Positions 42,301 to 57,355 of a DNA stretch of 64,000 bases are shown piece after piece; positions within the stretch are counted from its first letter, which is position 1; every line of letters begins with the position of its first letter. The notes beneath the pieces are model-generated. The model did no database searches, was not told the DNA's origin, and was given only the letters and a program-made list of their open reading frames with translations. The stretch is from Eledone cirrhosa. Taxonomy: Eukaryota. The stretch covers positions 9,176,001-9,240,000 of the forward strand of contig OZ024746.1 of NCBI GenBank assembly GCA_964016885.1, written 5' to 3'. A program made the translations under genes and the position numbers.

Positions 42301-42337
<37 letters not shown>

Positions 42338-42342
42338 GTGTG

Positions 42343-42376
<34 letters not shown>

Positions 42377-42382
42377 TGTGTG

Positions 42383-42495
<113 letters not shown>

Positions 42496-42813
42496 GCATT
42501 TGTATGTGTGTGTTTGTGTAGTATGTGTTTATGTCTGCATATATATTTGTGTATATATATATATATATATATATACAGACACACACACACACACACACAG
42601 ATATATATACACGCACACACGTATAAATATGGGATATTGGTAGTGAGGCTATTGATGGCTCACACATCCTTCACACATATGTACACACAGAACGTGTCTG
42701 TTCGATCAACTGTCCTCAGTCATCCCAGCGATCAGCCACGTGCCTGTCTACAAATGTAACGTATTGACTTCTTTTTCTATGATCTGTACACATACTCACA
42801 TATACATACAAAT

Positions 42814-42903
<90 letters not shown>

Positions 42904-43311
42904 AGATACACACACACAAACACAGATACAAACACAGATACACACACAGATACACACACACAAACACACAGACACACACACAAACACACAAATACATACA
43001 AATATATATATATATGCAAAAGTTCTATTTAAATTGTTGGGATACAACAAGCAAATATTTTTATAACTGATATAAAGCACTCAACAAATAATTGGAGTAA
43101 AAATACGATATTAACAAATGGAAACTATATTTATAAAACCATATTTATTTCATTATACATATTTCAAGGACACCAAGTTAAATTATGGTGTGCTTTTATC
43201 AGATAAAATATAATATAGAGCAGTTTTAAAAATAAATATTGACATACCCTTAAAGAATGCAACCATTACTGTTGGAAAGTCCCGGATAGTGGGGTTATAA
43301 CTTTATTTATG

Positions 43312-43355
<44 letters not shown>

Positions 43356-44096
43356 GTGTTGGTGCTCTTAAATAGCGATGTATATATATGAATGTATGTA
43401 CAGTATATTTGATAATATACTGTTTAATAATTTGATAATATTTGATAATTTATGTTTAATTTAAAACATGTTGAAGACCATTCGCTATGAATTTTAAAGT
43501 AGTGACTAGATCACTTACTTATTCTCGCAAAAACAAAGGGGAGTAAACGACAGTCCTGTTTCTCGCTCGTTAGCGGTTATGATGACTACTTATCACTTTG
43601 CCTCTGCTAAGATATAGAAGATGGATTCTTTGATGTTAATTGATGTAGAGAGGGGGATTGGAAGAGAGTTCTATGTGGTAGATATAGAGAGGTGGAAAGT
43701 TTGGTGTTGATTTATATAGAGAGGTGTATTGAAAGATAGTTCCCTGTAGTAGATATGGAGAGGGAGATTGGCAGAGATTGTTTTATGTACATGTTAGGTT
43801 TATCGCACATCGAAGTTTTCTTACCATTTTGCAAATTGACCAAATATGCCCCACCCCACCAATTCAGAAATGCTTCCACCCCTCCTGTATATATATATAT
43901 ATATTGCTTTGGTATATATTGTGTGTTAGATTCGCCTACCACAATGTTCGATCTGTCAAGCTATTTAAACGTATGTTATTACTCTAAGGCCCTATCATAT
44001 CGAGTGCTTTGCTAACTCATCATTTCATATAAGTAGGTCGAATTTACTTGCAAACCGCCAGAGATTCGATTTTACTGATTTCCATATATATATATA

Positions 44097-44305
44097 TAGG
44101 AGAAAGTATGACCCCGATGGCTGGTAAATAATTATTTATTTACCAGACTAAACAAACTCTTACTTTAGTCCAGAAATAGCTGTCGAGACGGCTTGAGCTC
44201 TGCCGTCGGGGGTCGTACTTTCTCCTATTACCTACTCTACTACCCTAAGTATTGAGTACTCTGGTGTGTTATGGTCCATCTGGTTCCTTACCATAACTCC
44301 TTCGT

Positions 44306-44336
<31 letters not shown>

Positions 44337-44528
44337 AAGGAAGTGTGGTAAGGAACCAGGTGGACCATAACGCACCAGAGTATTCGATACTTTGGGTAGT
44401 AGAGTGGGTAATAGGGAATGAGTCAGGACCCCGACAGCAGAGCTCAAGCCATTTCGGCAGCTTTTCTGGACTAAACAGAAATAGCCGTCGAAACGGCTTG
44501 AGCTCTGCCGTCGGGGTTCTGACTCTTT

Positions 44529-44535
<7 letters not shown>
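44097..44535. mobile_element. Two family A elements tail-to-tail around (TA)n
   Basis: 44097-44310 (+) and 44333-44535 (-); both short arms end at CCTAT. Confidence 0.85.
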
Positions 44536-44566
<31 letters not shown>

Positions 44567-44675
44567 GCGTAGACTTTATAATACAATGGGAGGAAACATA
44601 ACAGTACCACTGATGAATAAGTACACAATTATGTTGAAAATATATCTCCCAAAAATTATCTGTATTCTACTTTTC

Positions 44676-44827
44676 ACGATGAAAAGAGGAACGCAGCTAA
44701 AATCCTGTCTTTGTCAATCAAGTAGAAGACAACAAAGTAAATATGTCGATTTGTGGATGAATTCTATGGTGTTTTGTGTGTTACAACTGGATTAATAGAT
44801 AACAATGAAGCAGCTCTCTATTTCCTC
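44676..44827. repeat. 152-bp near-identical block of an old tandem duplication (partner 48126-48277)
   Basis: Two mismatches by eye; a second, much more diverged block at ~46125-46520 vs ~49210-49600. Confidence 0.9.
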
Positions 44828-44939
44828 GGTTAAAGGAATGAAAGGTCACCTTGTAGATATTTCACTACGATCATCATTTTCATCACCATCATCATAATCC
44901 TCCTCCTCCTCCTCCTCCTCCTCCTCCTCCTCCTCCTCC

Positions 44940-44975
<36 letters not shown>

Positions 44976-46569
44976 CAGTTGTCATCGTTACACTCAGCTT
45001 TCTTATTGGTTGCAATGTTTCCAATTGTTTCGTCACTAAACAAACTTGCTTTTATCTTACTCTTCTTTTGCAAGTAAGCAAGTTAGTGGGTATTTTTGTA
45101 TTGTATTGTTTATTGTTCATCCACCTCCTTCCACTGCACAAAGCCTATCTAGCATAGTTATAAAAGTACGGGCTTTCCAGTCTTGACCATCCGGAGATTG
45201 TTTTCTTTGCCTATTTCTATCTAGAACCACACCATTCAATGTGTTCAGTCTGTTTTGAAGACGGTACTATACAGCTGTATAGGAACGTTCATTAATAATT
45301 CTTCTCTGGAGTAATATAAAATTCTGAACGAATTAGATATGATTGGATAAAGCTACTCAAATACTTCACCTACCGGGCAAATAGAACATTGCCCTCACAT
45401 ATGTCTTTAACAGCACTAGAAAATCCTGTTAATTATGGGAAAAATTGCAACCAAAAATTGCAACTCTTAAGCATAAAAAAGTAGAATGGGTTAGCTCCTT
45501 CTCTAAATACATGATCCCTGAATTTTCTTTTTTAGCCTGTTTTATTTTTCTTCAATTCCTAATATATTTTAAAGTATAATTAAAAACAGAAATTTTATTC
45601 AAATTGAACTCACAAAATTTGCTTAAAAACCATTACAAACTATAAAAAAGAAATATAAAAATAAAATTTGATAATGAGAAAAAGTGGGAGGGGTAAAGAA
45701 GGGCAGATCTGGCTGTATGGGAAAGTAGAGGAAAGGACTATAAATGAACGGAAAGGGGGGAAAAAGTAAGGACTCTTGGACCATAAATGGAGAAGAAGAA
45801 GGGGAGATGGTAATAGAATCTGGGCCTTAGGCGGAGCGGTGTTTGGGCTGCACTCCGCCGCGGAAAAAAAATACATAATCATGACACCAAAGTCATTATT
45901 GTTGGTGCACTTTTGATCTTAAATCTCCATCTTGCTGGAGTTACATAGAATCTATAACAACTGCACAACGATATAAAACCAAGAGAACTTTCTTAATAGC
46001 CATTTCAGCTACAGGAAATAGCAGCAAATCTTCAAAAAATCACAACCTACCATATTAAAATTGGATGCACACATTGGATAAACTATGTCTATTATTGCAT
46101 TCAACTTAAATATTATCACAGTTAATATTGCATGAAAAGCTTCTGTGGCGATAAATTTAATATTATGATCTGATAGATTAAGGCAATGTATCAAATATTT
46201 ACGACAGATATTTCAAATAGCTGTCATTTTATAATTGTAGAAGGAAACCGGGTCCAAATACGGGCTGGTGATGTGGCAATATCTCCTATTATTGATTTGA
46301 TAATATAGAAGATTTTATCCTCAGAGTCGTTGGGTTAGACTAATTTCATTGCGTCACCAAATCTCTTTAATCATCTTACAGGCATATACTGTCACCCAGC
46401 TTTCTTACTAAATGAATAAACCACGGTCAGTTCTTATAATTACTCAACCTGTTGAAAGGACTTTATGGAGGTTTCCTGCGCAGCTATCTATTTTCTTCTA
46501 CGTTCTGACATCATTCATATACAAACACGCAAGCATAATCTATTGTTTGTTATCTATTTACCTGTTCCC

Positions 46570-46644
<75 letters not shown>

Positions 46645-46700
46645 CTTTTCTCACTCTATTAATCTCATACACGCGCGCGTCCTCCGCTTTCTCTCTTGCT

Positions 46701-46794
<94 letters not shown>

Positions 46795-47305
46795 GAATTT
46801 ATATATATATATATTTATATATGTGTGTGTGTGTGTGTGTGTGAATTATGAATATATGTTAGCTTAAAGCAAGCAATGGAAGAAAGAGGAACAGCATTAC
46901 CTATGGAACACGAATTAACACCTGTCAAATTTCACATGGTTCCACTACTATTACATCTAAGTGACACTGGCCACTTACCCATGGTTAGGATATTTGCTGT
47001 CCAAGCAGGTTGTTTTAAGATCAATCGCGCTATGCAGCAGAGATGGCAAGTTTCTTTTCTATAATATCGGGCCTTTCAATACCATATAAGAAGTGGCGCG
47101 TCGATTCGTACGAGGATGATAATAAATACTAAAATCTGTAATGTGCCAAGAAAGCCTTCTAAATCTAGTATCATGAGACCCTCAAAAATACTAATATAAT
47201 TGATGACACATACACACATACATATACATACATACATACAAACATGTATACATACATATGAGTACCTTACTTACTGTGGTTACCCCCGATTGAACACGGG
47301 ATAAA

Positions 47306-47393
<88 letters not shown>

Positions 47394-47422
47394 CGTACAT
47401 AAATATATACATATCCATATAA

Positions 47423-47458
<36 letters not shown>

Positions 47459-47460
<2 letters not shown>

Positions 47461-47614
47461 TTGTTTCTACTGTTGGCACAAGGCCAGCAATAACTCAGTG
47501 CATTACTGGTACTTTATTTTATCGACCCCGTAAGGATGAAGGGCAAAGTTAACCTCAGCGAGATTTGAACTCAGAATGGCGTACGACCCTCTACCGATAC
47601 TGCCAATCCACTGC
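47459..47614 (-). mobile_element. SINE (main family) with an internal deletion
   Basis: Family motifs. Confidence 0.85.
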
Positions 47615-47646
47615 CCATTATATGTATAATAATAGTAATAAGTATA

Positions 47647-47796
<150 letters not shown>

Positions 47797-47824
47797 GTAC
47801 ACAAGTATGTATGTCATATATATA

Positions 47825-47924
<100 letters not shown>

Positions 47925-49912
47925 CGTGCGTGTGTGTGTGAGTGTGAGTGTGTGTGTGTGTATGTGTGTGTGCGCGTTTGTGATTGTATGTTTGCGTACG
48001 TATCTATATATGTTTAAGAAGAATTAGGTCGATGAAATATTATCAAATTAAAATAAATAATAAGAAGAAAATAATTATGCCTAAAAATTATCTTTTCAAT
48101 AATTACTTTCTACCTTTTTCACTTGACGATGAAAAGAGGAACGCAGCTAAATTCCTGTCTTTGTCAATCAATTAGAAGACAACAAAGTAAATATGTCGAT
48201 TTGTGGATGAATTCTATGGTGTTTTGTGTGTTACAACTGGATTAATAGATAACAATGAAGCAGCTCTCTATTTCCTCCTTCAACCGAATGAAAGGTATAT
48301 TTCTTTCTAGCAATCTTGTCGATATCTCAAATATATATTTCAATACCATCATCATCGTCATAATCTTCATAAGAATCATTATATTCATCATCATTATCAT
48401 CACCCACATCATCATCATAATCATCACCAACATTATCATCATCATCTCTATCATCATCACCCTCGTCAACATCGTCATCGTCATTATCTTCCTCATCACC
48501 ATCAACATCATTATCACTATCATCATAACCATCATCAACATCGTCATCATCATTATATTTCTCATCATATTCATTGTCATCATCATCATCATCTATAACT
48601 GCCACTGACACCACCACTACAAACATCATCACAACTATCTCCATACGAAAATTAAACCCACTACTATTATCATCATCATCTTCATCTTTATTTTTTAAAA
48701 CTTTTGTCAATATAAAAAGCTTTCAGAATTCGGAGAAAAATGGTTTATTATATTAGTGGGCATTTGTTCGGAATATTTATCAACGGCACAAGTAAATCAA
48801 GTCAATGAGAGGGAGGCTCGATAGCTGTTCTATCAGCCAGGTAGAGACCTAAAATATGACTCGCTTTTTAACTCTCCCGTCTGAAAAGATTAGTAATGAG
48901 GAAACTCAACAATGTATTCCTATATACACTATATCTTAGATAATTGCTAGTGGGGTCATCATTGAGTGTACACATTTGATCTTAAATCACAATTAGAGTT
49001 GATCTAACAAATGTTCAACAGAAAAGATAAGATCAACCACACTCCTAACTCAAACCAATAAAAGACCCTCTTCATGGTTATTCATCCAGCTAGACAGAGT
49101 TACTAATCTGTATCAAATCCCAAACGATCATCTTAAACCTGGAAGTATACACTGGCTAATATATGCCTTTTATTCCACATAGCTTCTCTGAACGAAGTTG
49201 ATCACTGCCATCATTGCATGAAAAGCTTCTTGTAGCGATAAATTTAGTTTTAGGGCCTAATAGTCTTAGGTCTTAGAAACAAATATTTACGAAATATGAG
49301 TCGACTCGTTGTCATTCTATAATTGCATTAAGAAAGAGCCAGATACTCGTGGCAGGGTGCATTACTTTCCTTATATTGATTTGATAAATATAGAAGAGTT
49401 TATACCTAGAGCGGTTGGCTCAGAATAATTCCATTGAATCCCCAAATCTCTTTAATCATTTTATAGGCATATACTGTCACCCTGCTTTCTGACTAACTGA
49501 ATAAACTGCCGTTATATCTTGTAATTGATGAAACTGTAGAAAGGACTCGATGAAGGTTTGCTGCCCTGATCTGCGTTTTTTTATCTATGCTCTGACAGCT
49601 TTAATACACAAGTGCAAATTTCCCATCCCTCTTCTTCCATCTTGAGCTCTTTCTGTCACTCCCCCCTCTCTCTTTTTCTCTCTCTCTATCCCTCCTCTCT
49701 CTCCCCCTATCTCTATCTATATATCCCTCCTCTCTCTCTTAGATATACACACTTGCACACGCATATATGTTTATATATAAGTGTGTATGCATGTATATTT
49801 ATATATATTGTCCATGGTACCAGCACAAGTGCTCAAAGCGAGATAATTCTATGCTTATTTTAGACTTATACAGTGTACATGAATTCATGTATCGCATTTT
49901 CTCTCGCATCCG

Positions 49913-49960
<48 letters not shown>

Positions 49961-50585
49961 GGTGGGGAGTATATGTGTGTGTATTTCATATATGAACTCT
50001 AATTACGTGCCAAGTTTATTTTCGTTGGCTGGATTCCCTTTTCGTGTTACGCTGGAACGAGAAAGCACTAACTGTGCTGAGAGAGATGAAGAGGGGAGAG
50101 AGAGAATATTAGGAGATTTGGAAGATAAAATAGTTAAATAGATAAATGAGAGATTAACAGCCTCTAAGACGATATTCTCTGAGACTGGCAATTAGATATA
50201 TAGAGAGAAAGCTAAAGTTCCAATAATAGAGTGAAAATGAAGATGAGATGAAAGTGGTTTAAATTCTGCCATATAAAGCATGCATTAGAAAGAATCTTAG
50301 ATAGAACGAGGGGAAGAAAGTATGTTGGGAGAAGACGAGGAGGGAAAGGAGAATTTAAGAATTATATATATGTGTATATATATATATATATATATACATA
50401 TAATATATAAGATCAAAAGATGGTTAAAAGAGTTCCATGTATTTTATTATGCGCATTTCAAAAACAAATATCATCATGCAATAACATTTGTGTTTTCGTC
50501 AGATAAAATAGGAAGACATGATATGAAGATATCTTATCCGATATATGCATTGCTTTATTGTACTACAATAAAACTCACCTCCTAC

Positions 50586-50623
<38 letters not shown>

Positions 50624-50832
50624 TATTTAATATATTTCATTTAAGTGTCAACCATTAAATTGAATAGTAGTCATTTAACAAGTTACATCTTATCTTATAT
50701 ATATATATTGATATGATATGATTCCAGTTCCTCAGTGAAATAACAACCCAACCAGGAACTGGGCATATCAGAGTATTGACAAAGTTAAACACCTCAACAA
50801 CATGTGTACTCGTCTCTACCACACTAATTCGG

Positions 50833-50887
50833 ACTGCCTGAAGAGGTCACAGCCAAAGATGGCTGTCACCGAAATATATATGGCAGT
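50833..50887 (+). ncRNA. Hammerhead ribozyme (family C); cleavage triplet AUG, likely inactive
   Basis: actgc-CTGAAGA-ggtcacagcc-aaagat-ggctgtcacc-GAAA-tatata-TG-gcagt, within element 50723-50935. Confidence 0.75.
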
Positions 50888-50933
50888 AATAAACGAAGCC
50901 AAATTTTAAACATTTGACTTTTTCATTTTATTT

Positions 50934-51026
<93 letters not shown>

Positions 51027-51139
51027 CTAAAATAGCACGTCGTACTGTGACCAGCGGCGCCGAATGGACGCCCGACAGACTGGTCGGTCAAGGTGATCAA
51101 GGTGATATATATATATTTATTAAAATAACAGATTAAAGT

Positions 51140-51212
51140 TTAAGCAAAGAATCGCTGCTTTCACCCTTAACGGGATCCTCAGAAGATCCCGTTAAGGGTG
51201 AAAGCCGCGATT
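51140..51212 (-). ncRNA. Hammerhead at the axis of a head-to-head palindrome
   Basis: Minus strand: CTGAGGA-t-ccc-gttaa-ggg-t-GAAA-gca..tgc-TT; mirrored on plus as CAGAAGATCCCGTTAAGGGTGAAAG. Confidence 0.7.
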
Positions 51213-51302
51213 TGTTATTTTAATAAATATTTGCTCTACGGTGCTTATATATCTGATATATATTTATCCTTATCGAGCCCTCTTTGGATTTTAGTCTATT
51301 AT

Positions 51303-51339
<37 letters not shown>

Positions 51340-51383
51340 AGAGGGAGAGTGTAAGAGAGAGAGAGAGTGAGATAGAGAGAGAA

Positions 51384-51455
<72 letters not shown>

Positions 51456-51689
51456 TGATGATTCCAAGCGGGAAGCTAATGATACATGGATGTTTCCGTT
51501 CATTTTGATTCGTACTTTCAGTGTCTGTCTTGCACGATTACTCTCGGAATTTGACGTGTTTTAAATTGATGTTAGCCGCTATATTAGTACACATATATTA
51601 ATATGTTAACACTTATTATCTACCGTCATCTTTCTTTTTCTCTGTTTTCCTCCACCTATCTATCTATCTACTATCTATCTATCTATCTA

Positions 51690-51720
<31 letters not shown>

Positions 51721-51729
51721 CTATCTATC

Positions 51730-51760
<31 letters not shown>

Positions 51761-51888
51761 CGATCTACATTCAGTTTAGATCCTTCTATTAATCACTGGT
51801 GCAATCTTATCAACAATCCCGTCCATATACTTAACCGAAATTGCAATGTTTCCCACTGGATTGTGTTTGTTTTGCTCTGATTCCCAAT

Positions 51889-51934
<46 letters not shown>

Positions 51935-52057
51935 GCGCGCGCACACACATATATATATAAGAGATGTCAACATGAATGGACCTGTTATTTTTATCTAAAG
52001 ACATTTTTTCCAATTCCAACCCGCCCGTCCATTCAATCTACCTTATTCCTCATTCTT

Positions 52058-52093
52058 TCTTCTGATGAAGGACTAGCGTCTGAAACGTTAAGA
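52058..52093 (+). ncRNA. Minimal hammerhead (family D)
   Basis: tctt-CTGATGA-a-ggac-tagc-gtct-GAAA-cg-TT-aaga; palindromic AACGTT stem III. Confidence 0.85.
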
Positions 52094-52177
52094 CCCTCTT
52101 CCTGCTATACCAAGCGTTAACCTAATATATACCTTCCATATACTGTACCGATTGTGTTGTTATTTCTGTTTACCTTT

Positions 52178-52272
<95 letters not shown>

Positions 52273-52479
52273 CGTATCGAGAGAGAGAAAAAAGGAGGGA
52301 TAGGTGATACATGTAATTATTTGCCAAATAGCGTATGCAGAAGGTGCTCAATGCTAATGCTGGCATTATTAAATATTAGTAGTGTTAATATTTAGTGGGC
52401 GAGAGAATTAGCAGAGCGTAAGCTCGTGGAAAAGTAAGAAATCGGAGGACAGACCGTTAATACATGTTTATTTAAAACA

Positions 52480-52519
52480 GCACCTACTTACGTTTCGCCC
52501 GGATGGGCTTCTCAAGGGC
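52480..52519 (-). ncRNA. Variant hammerhead-like motif in the PLE 3' region
   Basis: Minus strand: gccc-TTGAGAA-gccc-atcc-gggc-GAAA-cgtaag-TA-ggtgc, followed by AATAAA. Confidence 0.55.
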
Positions 52520-52894
52520 ATAAATAACTAAAAGTGTTCCTTACATGGTCCGGAAAGTGTTTTTGGAGGTAAGTTCACGTCAGAGTTCATTCTTCGCAAA
52601 CAAAAGCGTGTTTTGATTTTGCAGTAGGTCAAGGGGGTAGATCTGGCCGGTGTTAGGGCAGTCTTTCCCGGACAAATTTTTTATCCGTTACAAGATGTAG
52701 TTACAACCTTACCATTGTCCATACGCACAGGTTCAGGTAAGCAACGTTTGTTTTGAGACGTGTGTTTACTGCACCTGCCCGCCTGTGTCATTTGAAGCTG
52801 GGTCTGGGATGCATGGTTAGTTTCCGGATGGTTTTTTGCAGCGCCTGCCCGCTGGGGTGTTAAAGCTTGTTGCAGGGAGACCCAGTATACGGTT

Positions 52895-53485
52895 TCACTC
52901 CTCATCCTTCTCCCATCTGAAGAAGTATATTTTTAAGCGATGTGTATAGCGTATCGTCATTTCAGCTCTGCTGATGAGCTCGTGGGGTGCTGTTATGATG
53001 TGGTAGAGCTCCATGAGGCAAAGATCACACTTCCTCTGGAAGTTGTACGGTGCATCCCTGCCGACAATATCCCAGTGCCTGGAGAAGCTGATGTTTAAGT
53101 CTTTTAATGATGTGATGTAGTCCGCGAGCGAAGTAGAGTGTCTCAATTTCTTAGTTGTGAAAGAGTGGAGATGTGTTCGAAATCTAATTTTGAACGGCCC
53201 AGAGGTAGCCCCTATATAATGTTTAACGCTATTGTGGCTAGTTACAGTGCACCTATATATAACCCTATCAGTCAAGCAGTATCCCCTAAGGGGGCAGCGT
53301 CCCCTGTCGCGGCAGTTGCAATTTCTGTCGCGGTCCCTTCTAATTCCCACTGTAAGGCTATCATTATTGCTATCTATGTTGTTATCTACGCTCCCGCACC
53401 TGTCGTTAGCACCATTATAACCCACTGCGCGCGGGGTGGTACCATTATTATTCCGCACGTCATGTCCTGCATGTTTCCCTGTCAT
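52895..53485 (-). CDS. GIY-YIG endonuclease domain of a Penelope-like element (relic ORF)
   Basis: VIY...YIG, conserved R and H, CxCx5Cx5C motif upstream and CxxC..E downstream. Confidence 0.85.
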   Translation of the reverse strand: MTGKHAGHDVRNNNGTTPRAVGYNGANDRCGSVDNNIDSNNDSLTVGIRRDRDRNCNCRDRGRCPLRGYCLTDRVIYRCTVTSHNSVKHYIGATSGPFKIRFRTHLHSFTTKKLRHSTSLADYITSLKDLNISFSRHWDIVGRDAPYNFQRKCDLCLMELYHIITAPHELISRAEMTIRYTHRLKIYFFRWEKDEE

Positions 53486-54442
53486 GTTCCGGTTATGCTG
53501 GTTGTGTCTGTGGAGGCTTTTGCCAGCACTATTGGATGCTGCTAGGGAGTCGTTAAGGCCGATATAGTTATTGTCAGGTGTAGGTGCGTCTGTGCTAAGA
53601 TGCTGTGTCTTGGTGATCTTACTGTGATTAGTTGTTCCTATGATGTCTGCTAGGTTAGGAGTAGTAGAGAAGGATATTTTTATATTGTTCCTATTAACGA
53701 TTGTTCTATACCTATGGTTGGGTGGGAAGTTCTTCTCTAAGGCTTAGAAGAATATCCGGGGTATGTTGGAGGCCACACTCCAAGAGTAGGGGGATGGAAC
53801 CATGGGCCGTTACAGTGGAGATTACGTGTCCTTGTACGTTTGCTACGGGTGGTTCCATCAAGGTGACCGTTCTTATGCATGTTAATGCACTGTAGCCCGT
53901 TACGTGCCCCTTTCACTTTATGCTCGGGTGCACTCTTCTTCCTTATTCTATGTTTATGTACAGGAAGATGTTGGTTGGAAGGCGTTGGTAGTAGGCCGTC
54001 GCCTTTGTTGATTTCATAGTAGGGGAATAATTCGAGTAGGCTACAGTGGTCACTGTCACCGGGGTCGTGGTCTTTATTGTGTGGTAAGTTACCTATACTA
54101 TGGCCAGTGTAATTAACATTGTGGCTGTGTTCCTTAGTGCGATTATCTATACTATTATATCCGACTCCTACGAAGTCGCCGCGTGATCGGTTATAGGTAT
54201 GGCTTACTATAACGTTCGTCTTATGAAGGGGGTGGTTTCTGGAGCTAGCCTTAGGGATGTAGGTTAATTCCTCGGTTAAAGCCAGCGCTTATCAAGGCCC
54301 TATTGTAGTAATCTGCCCGTTGGTTGAAGATATCCTCATTGGCGGAGAGCCTCGAGATCCTAGGTGAGATGCTATAGACTAGTTGAGAGTCTGCTTAGGG
54401 TGGTTGGAGGCATAATTAATATAAGAAAGGCTCTCTCCAGGC

Positions 54443-54752
<310 letters not shown>

Positions 54753-54991
54753 AAATACAAGCTTTTCTTCCTTTTTTTCTTCTTTCCTACGCATCCATAG
54801 ACATATAATTATTTAAATTCTCCATAGCGACTAAAATAACGTTTTTTTTCAGACCTTTACCTCATTTGCATACTCATCTTAATAATTTGAAGTATCTGAC
54901 TTTACTTCTCTTATCCCTTCACTATCCAAGGAAAACTTGAACTGTTAAGGTATTTTTCTTGGTTATATCAAAATTTATAAAACACACTTCG

Positions 54992-55052
54992 TATTTTATC
55001 TGATGAAAGCGTACCAAAGTTTTGGTACACTTGAAATATATATAATAGAATA
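54992..55052 (+). ncRNA. Type I hammerhead ribozyme
   Basis: tattttat-CTGATGA-aagcgtaccaaa-gt-tttggtacactt-GAAA-tatata-TA-atagaata. Confidence 0.85.
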
Positions 55053-55103
55053 AATATGGTTTTATAAATATAGTTTCCATTTATTTAATATCATTGTATA
55101 TAA

Positions 55104-55139
<36 letters not shown>

Positions 55140-55182
55140 GATAAAGAACACAAGAGCGTCTACAACATCAAAAGATTTTTAT

Positions 55183-55231
55183 TGGCTTACAATGTTTCTT
55201 CCTTACGTAACCGTAGGATTCGTCAGAGCTA
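55183..55231 (-). ncRNA. Type I hammerhead, weak stem I
   Basis: Minus strand: tagct-CTGACGA-a-tcctacg-gtta-cgtaagga-a-GAAA-cattg-TA-agcca. Confidence 0.75.
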
Positions 55232-55289
55232 TAAAAGGGGTTGGTGTTATGGACTCTACCAACCAAACATTCAAGAACAATTAACCTAA

Positions 55290-55361
<72 letters not shown>

Positions 55362-56732
55362 AATTCACAAGAATCAAAATTATGTTTAAAACATTTATTC
55401 GCTGACAATTGTTTCTTCCAAACCTAGGTTCGGAGCATTTTTAATGTTTGTACATATAATTGACGTCCTACTCAACCGAAGAAACATACAGATACATATA
55501 TATATATATATATTGATGTTGTGTACAACAGTTTCATGTTTACAGTGTGGAATTGATGCGACATATATTATATTACACTGTATATGTACAATAATTCAAA
55601 TTAAGATTAAAATCAAAATTAAATTTAAAAACAAGATTAAAAGCATAGGTTGGAATACATGCGACAGATACAGATAATACAAGAGAATAGTCTAATAATT
55701 AAATTAAAGAGATAGTATATGCGTTAGTCATATATAAAGGGATGGAACAAGCAAATGTATCATGTATATATGAGTACTGTATGGCAAGGTATTACATGAA
55801 ATACAAGCACTTTAAGCGAATATGATAGTGTATTATGGTGGATGCAATGCGAGGATATTTTCTGTATAGTTCAAATTTGTATGTGTGCAGAAAAAGAAAG
55901 TTAGTTTTCACATCCACCACATAAGTTACGAAATATTTGTATTGAATGTTTGTTATAGTAATGGATTGTAATGTATTGTAACTTAGTGTTATGTAATCCC
56001 TATTTATAGATTAGGATCTTTCAGCTGCGAGAATTTACAGCGGTTTAATATCCCGAAGCTGGTATGTAATTAGGAGGAGCTAATGCGTAAGGAGAGGTAA
56101 CTAGCTCATTATAATAATTAAATTCATTGCTCTAATAGACATTATATGGTCCCTCAATTGAGTCCCTTATGTAAAAAGTTATATATTTATATTTAATTTT
56201 AAATACAGTCTACTCTCTCATAATATATTAAAGGTAGTTGACTACCCAATATTATATAGTGTCATAATTGAATTTCCCATACAAAGTGCTATATATTTAT
56301 ATCAAATTAACCTTAAATACAGTCTACTCTCAAAACATTAAAAGTCCAATTAGATTTTTGTCTACCCAACATTTGGTAAGCTATGGAATAACTTACAGCT
56401 GTTTGCATGATAAATTAGATACATCTCTTGAGTAAATAAATTCATCTTTATATACAATGTTATTAATCTATACATTTAATTATAAATGCATATATAATTC
56501 ATTGTTCCATATTACATATAAGTTAGACAAATCTCCCATGTTAATAAATTAATCCTATATATACAATGTTATTAATCTATACATTTAATTATAAATGTAT
56601 ATATAAATCGTTGTATTTAATATTTAAAGTTTATGTAAACTGCATTATATTTCAATCACTATATAATTATAAGTGATCTAAAGTAATTATATTAAAAGGT
56701 GGTGATTATACGGATATTTTTAGAGTATAAAG

Positions 56733-57291
56733 TTATAGATAAAATGATTTGTGTAGATGAAAGGGTGGATCAGAGAGTGGGATGTATTGGTGGAAGGCAA
56801 GACCTAGAGGTGAAGTGCTAATGGTGGTGATGGGTTCAAATCTGACATTGTTATATACTAGGTTTAATGTTTTCGAAAGAGTGTCGGGAGCGGTGTTGGC
56901 ACGATGCAAACACTTCCGATTTTTTTTATTAAGGAGGTTAAGATTCGAAAAGATTATAGTATAGGTCTCTAGTGGACAGAGGTTACAAAATTTATTAGGT
57001 GGTTTATACGATGCAGCCCTACCTACCACTTCCCATTGAAGTGTATATGATCTATTCCTAGTTTTCAGATAGTGTATGTAGCTAGATAGTGAAATGGAGT
57101 TGGCTAGATTGTGTTTTTTGAAAGAATGGAGGTGTGAGTTGTATCTCGTCTTGAAGCAGTTCGAAGTAGAGCCTATATAGGTTTCAGAAGAGTTGTTAGT
57201 GTTGACCGTGCATGAGTAAATGATGTCCTTTATTAAGCAGTTGTTACTTAAAGGGCAGGTTCTATTTGATCTACAGTTACATTTATTTTGG

Positions 57292-57298
<7 letters not shown>
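56733..57298 (-). CDS. Second Naiad-type GIY-YIG endonuclease fragment (open frame, 5'-truncated at (TA)n)
   Basis: CNCRSNRTCPLSNNCLIKDIIYSCTV...YIGSTSNCFKTRYNSHLHSF...WEVV...CNLCPLE...KCLHR; extends upstream of the listed ORF start. Confidence 0.9.

Positions 57299-57355
<57 letters not shown>

Larger units (their letters stand above)
41279..42306 (+). mobile_element. Retrozyme-like element: 1.6 tandem copies of a 555-nt unit plus a 140-bp inverted 5' arm
   Basis: Unit starts at ~41420 and ~41975, near-identical; arm 41279-41419 is the reverse complement of ~41485-41630; (TA)n on both sides. Confidence 0.88.

Noticed and set aside
48327-48710. Acidic Asp-rich ORF
   Set aside because: Degenerate (CAT)n microsatellite with no other support for a gene
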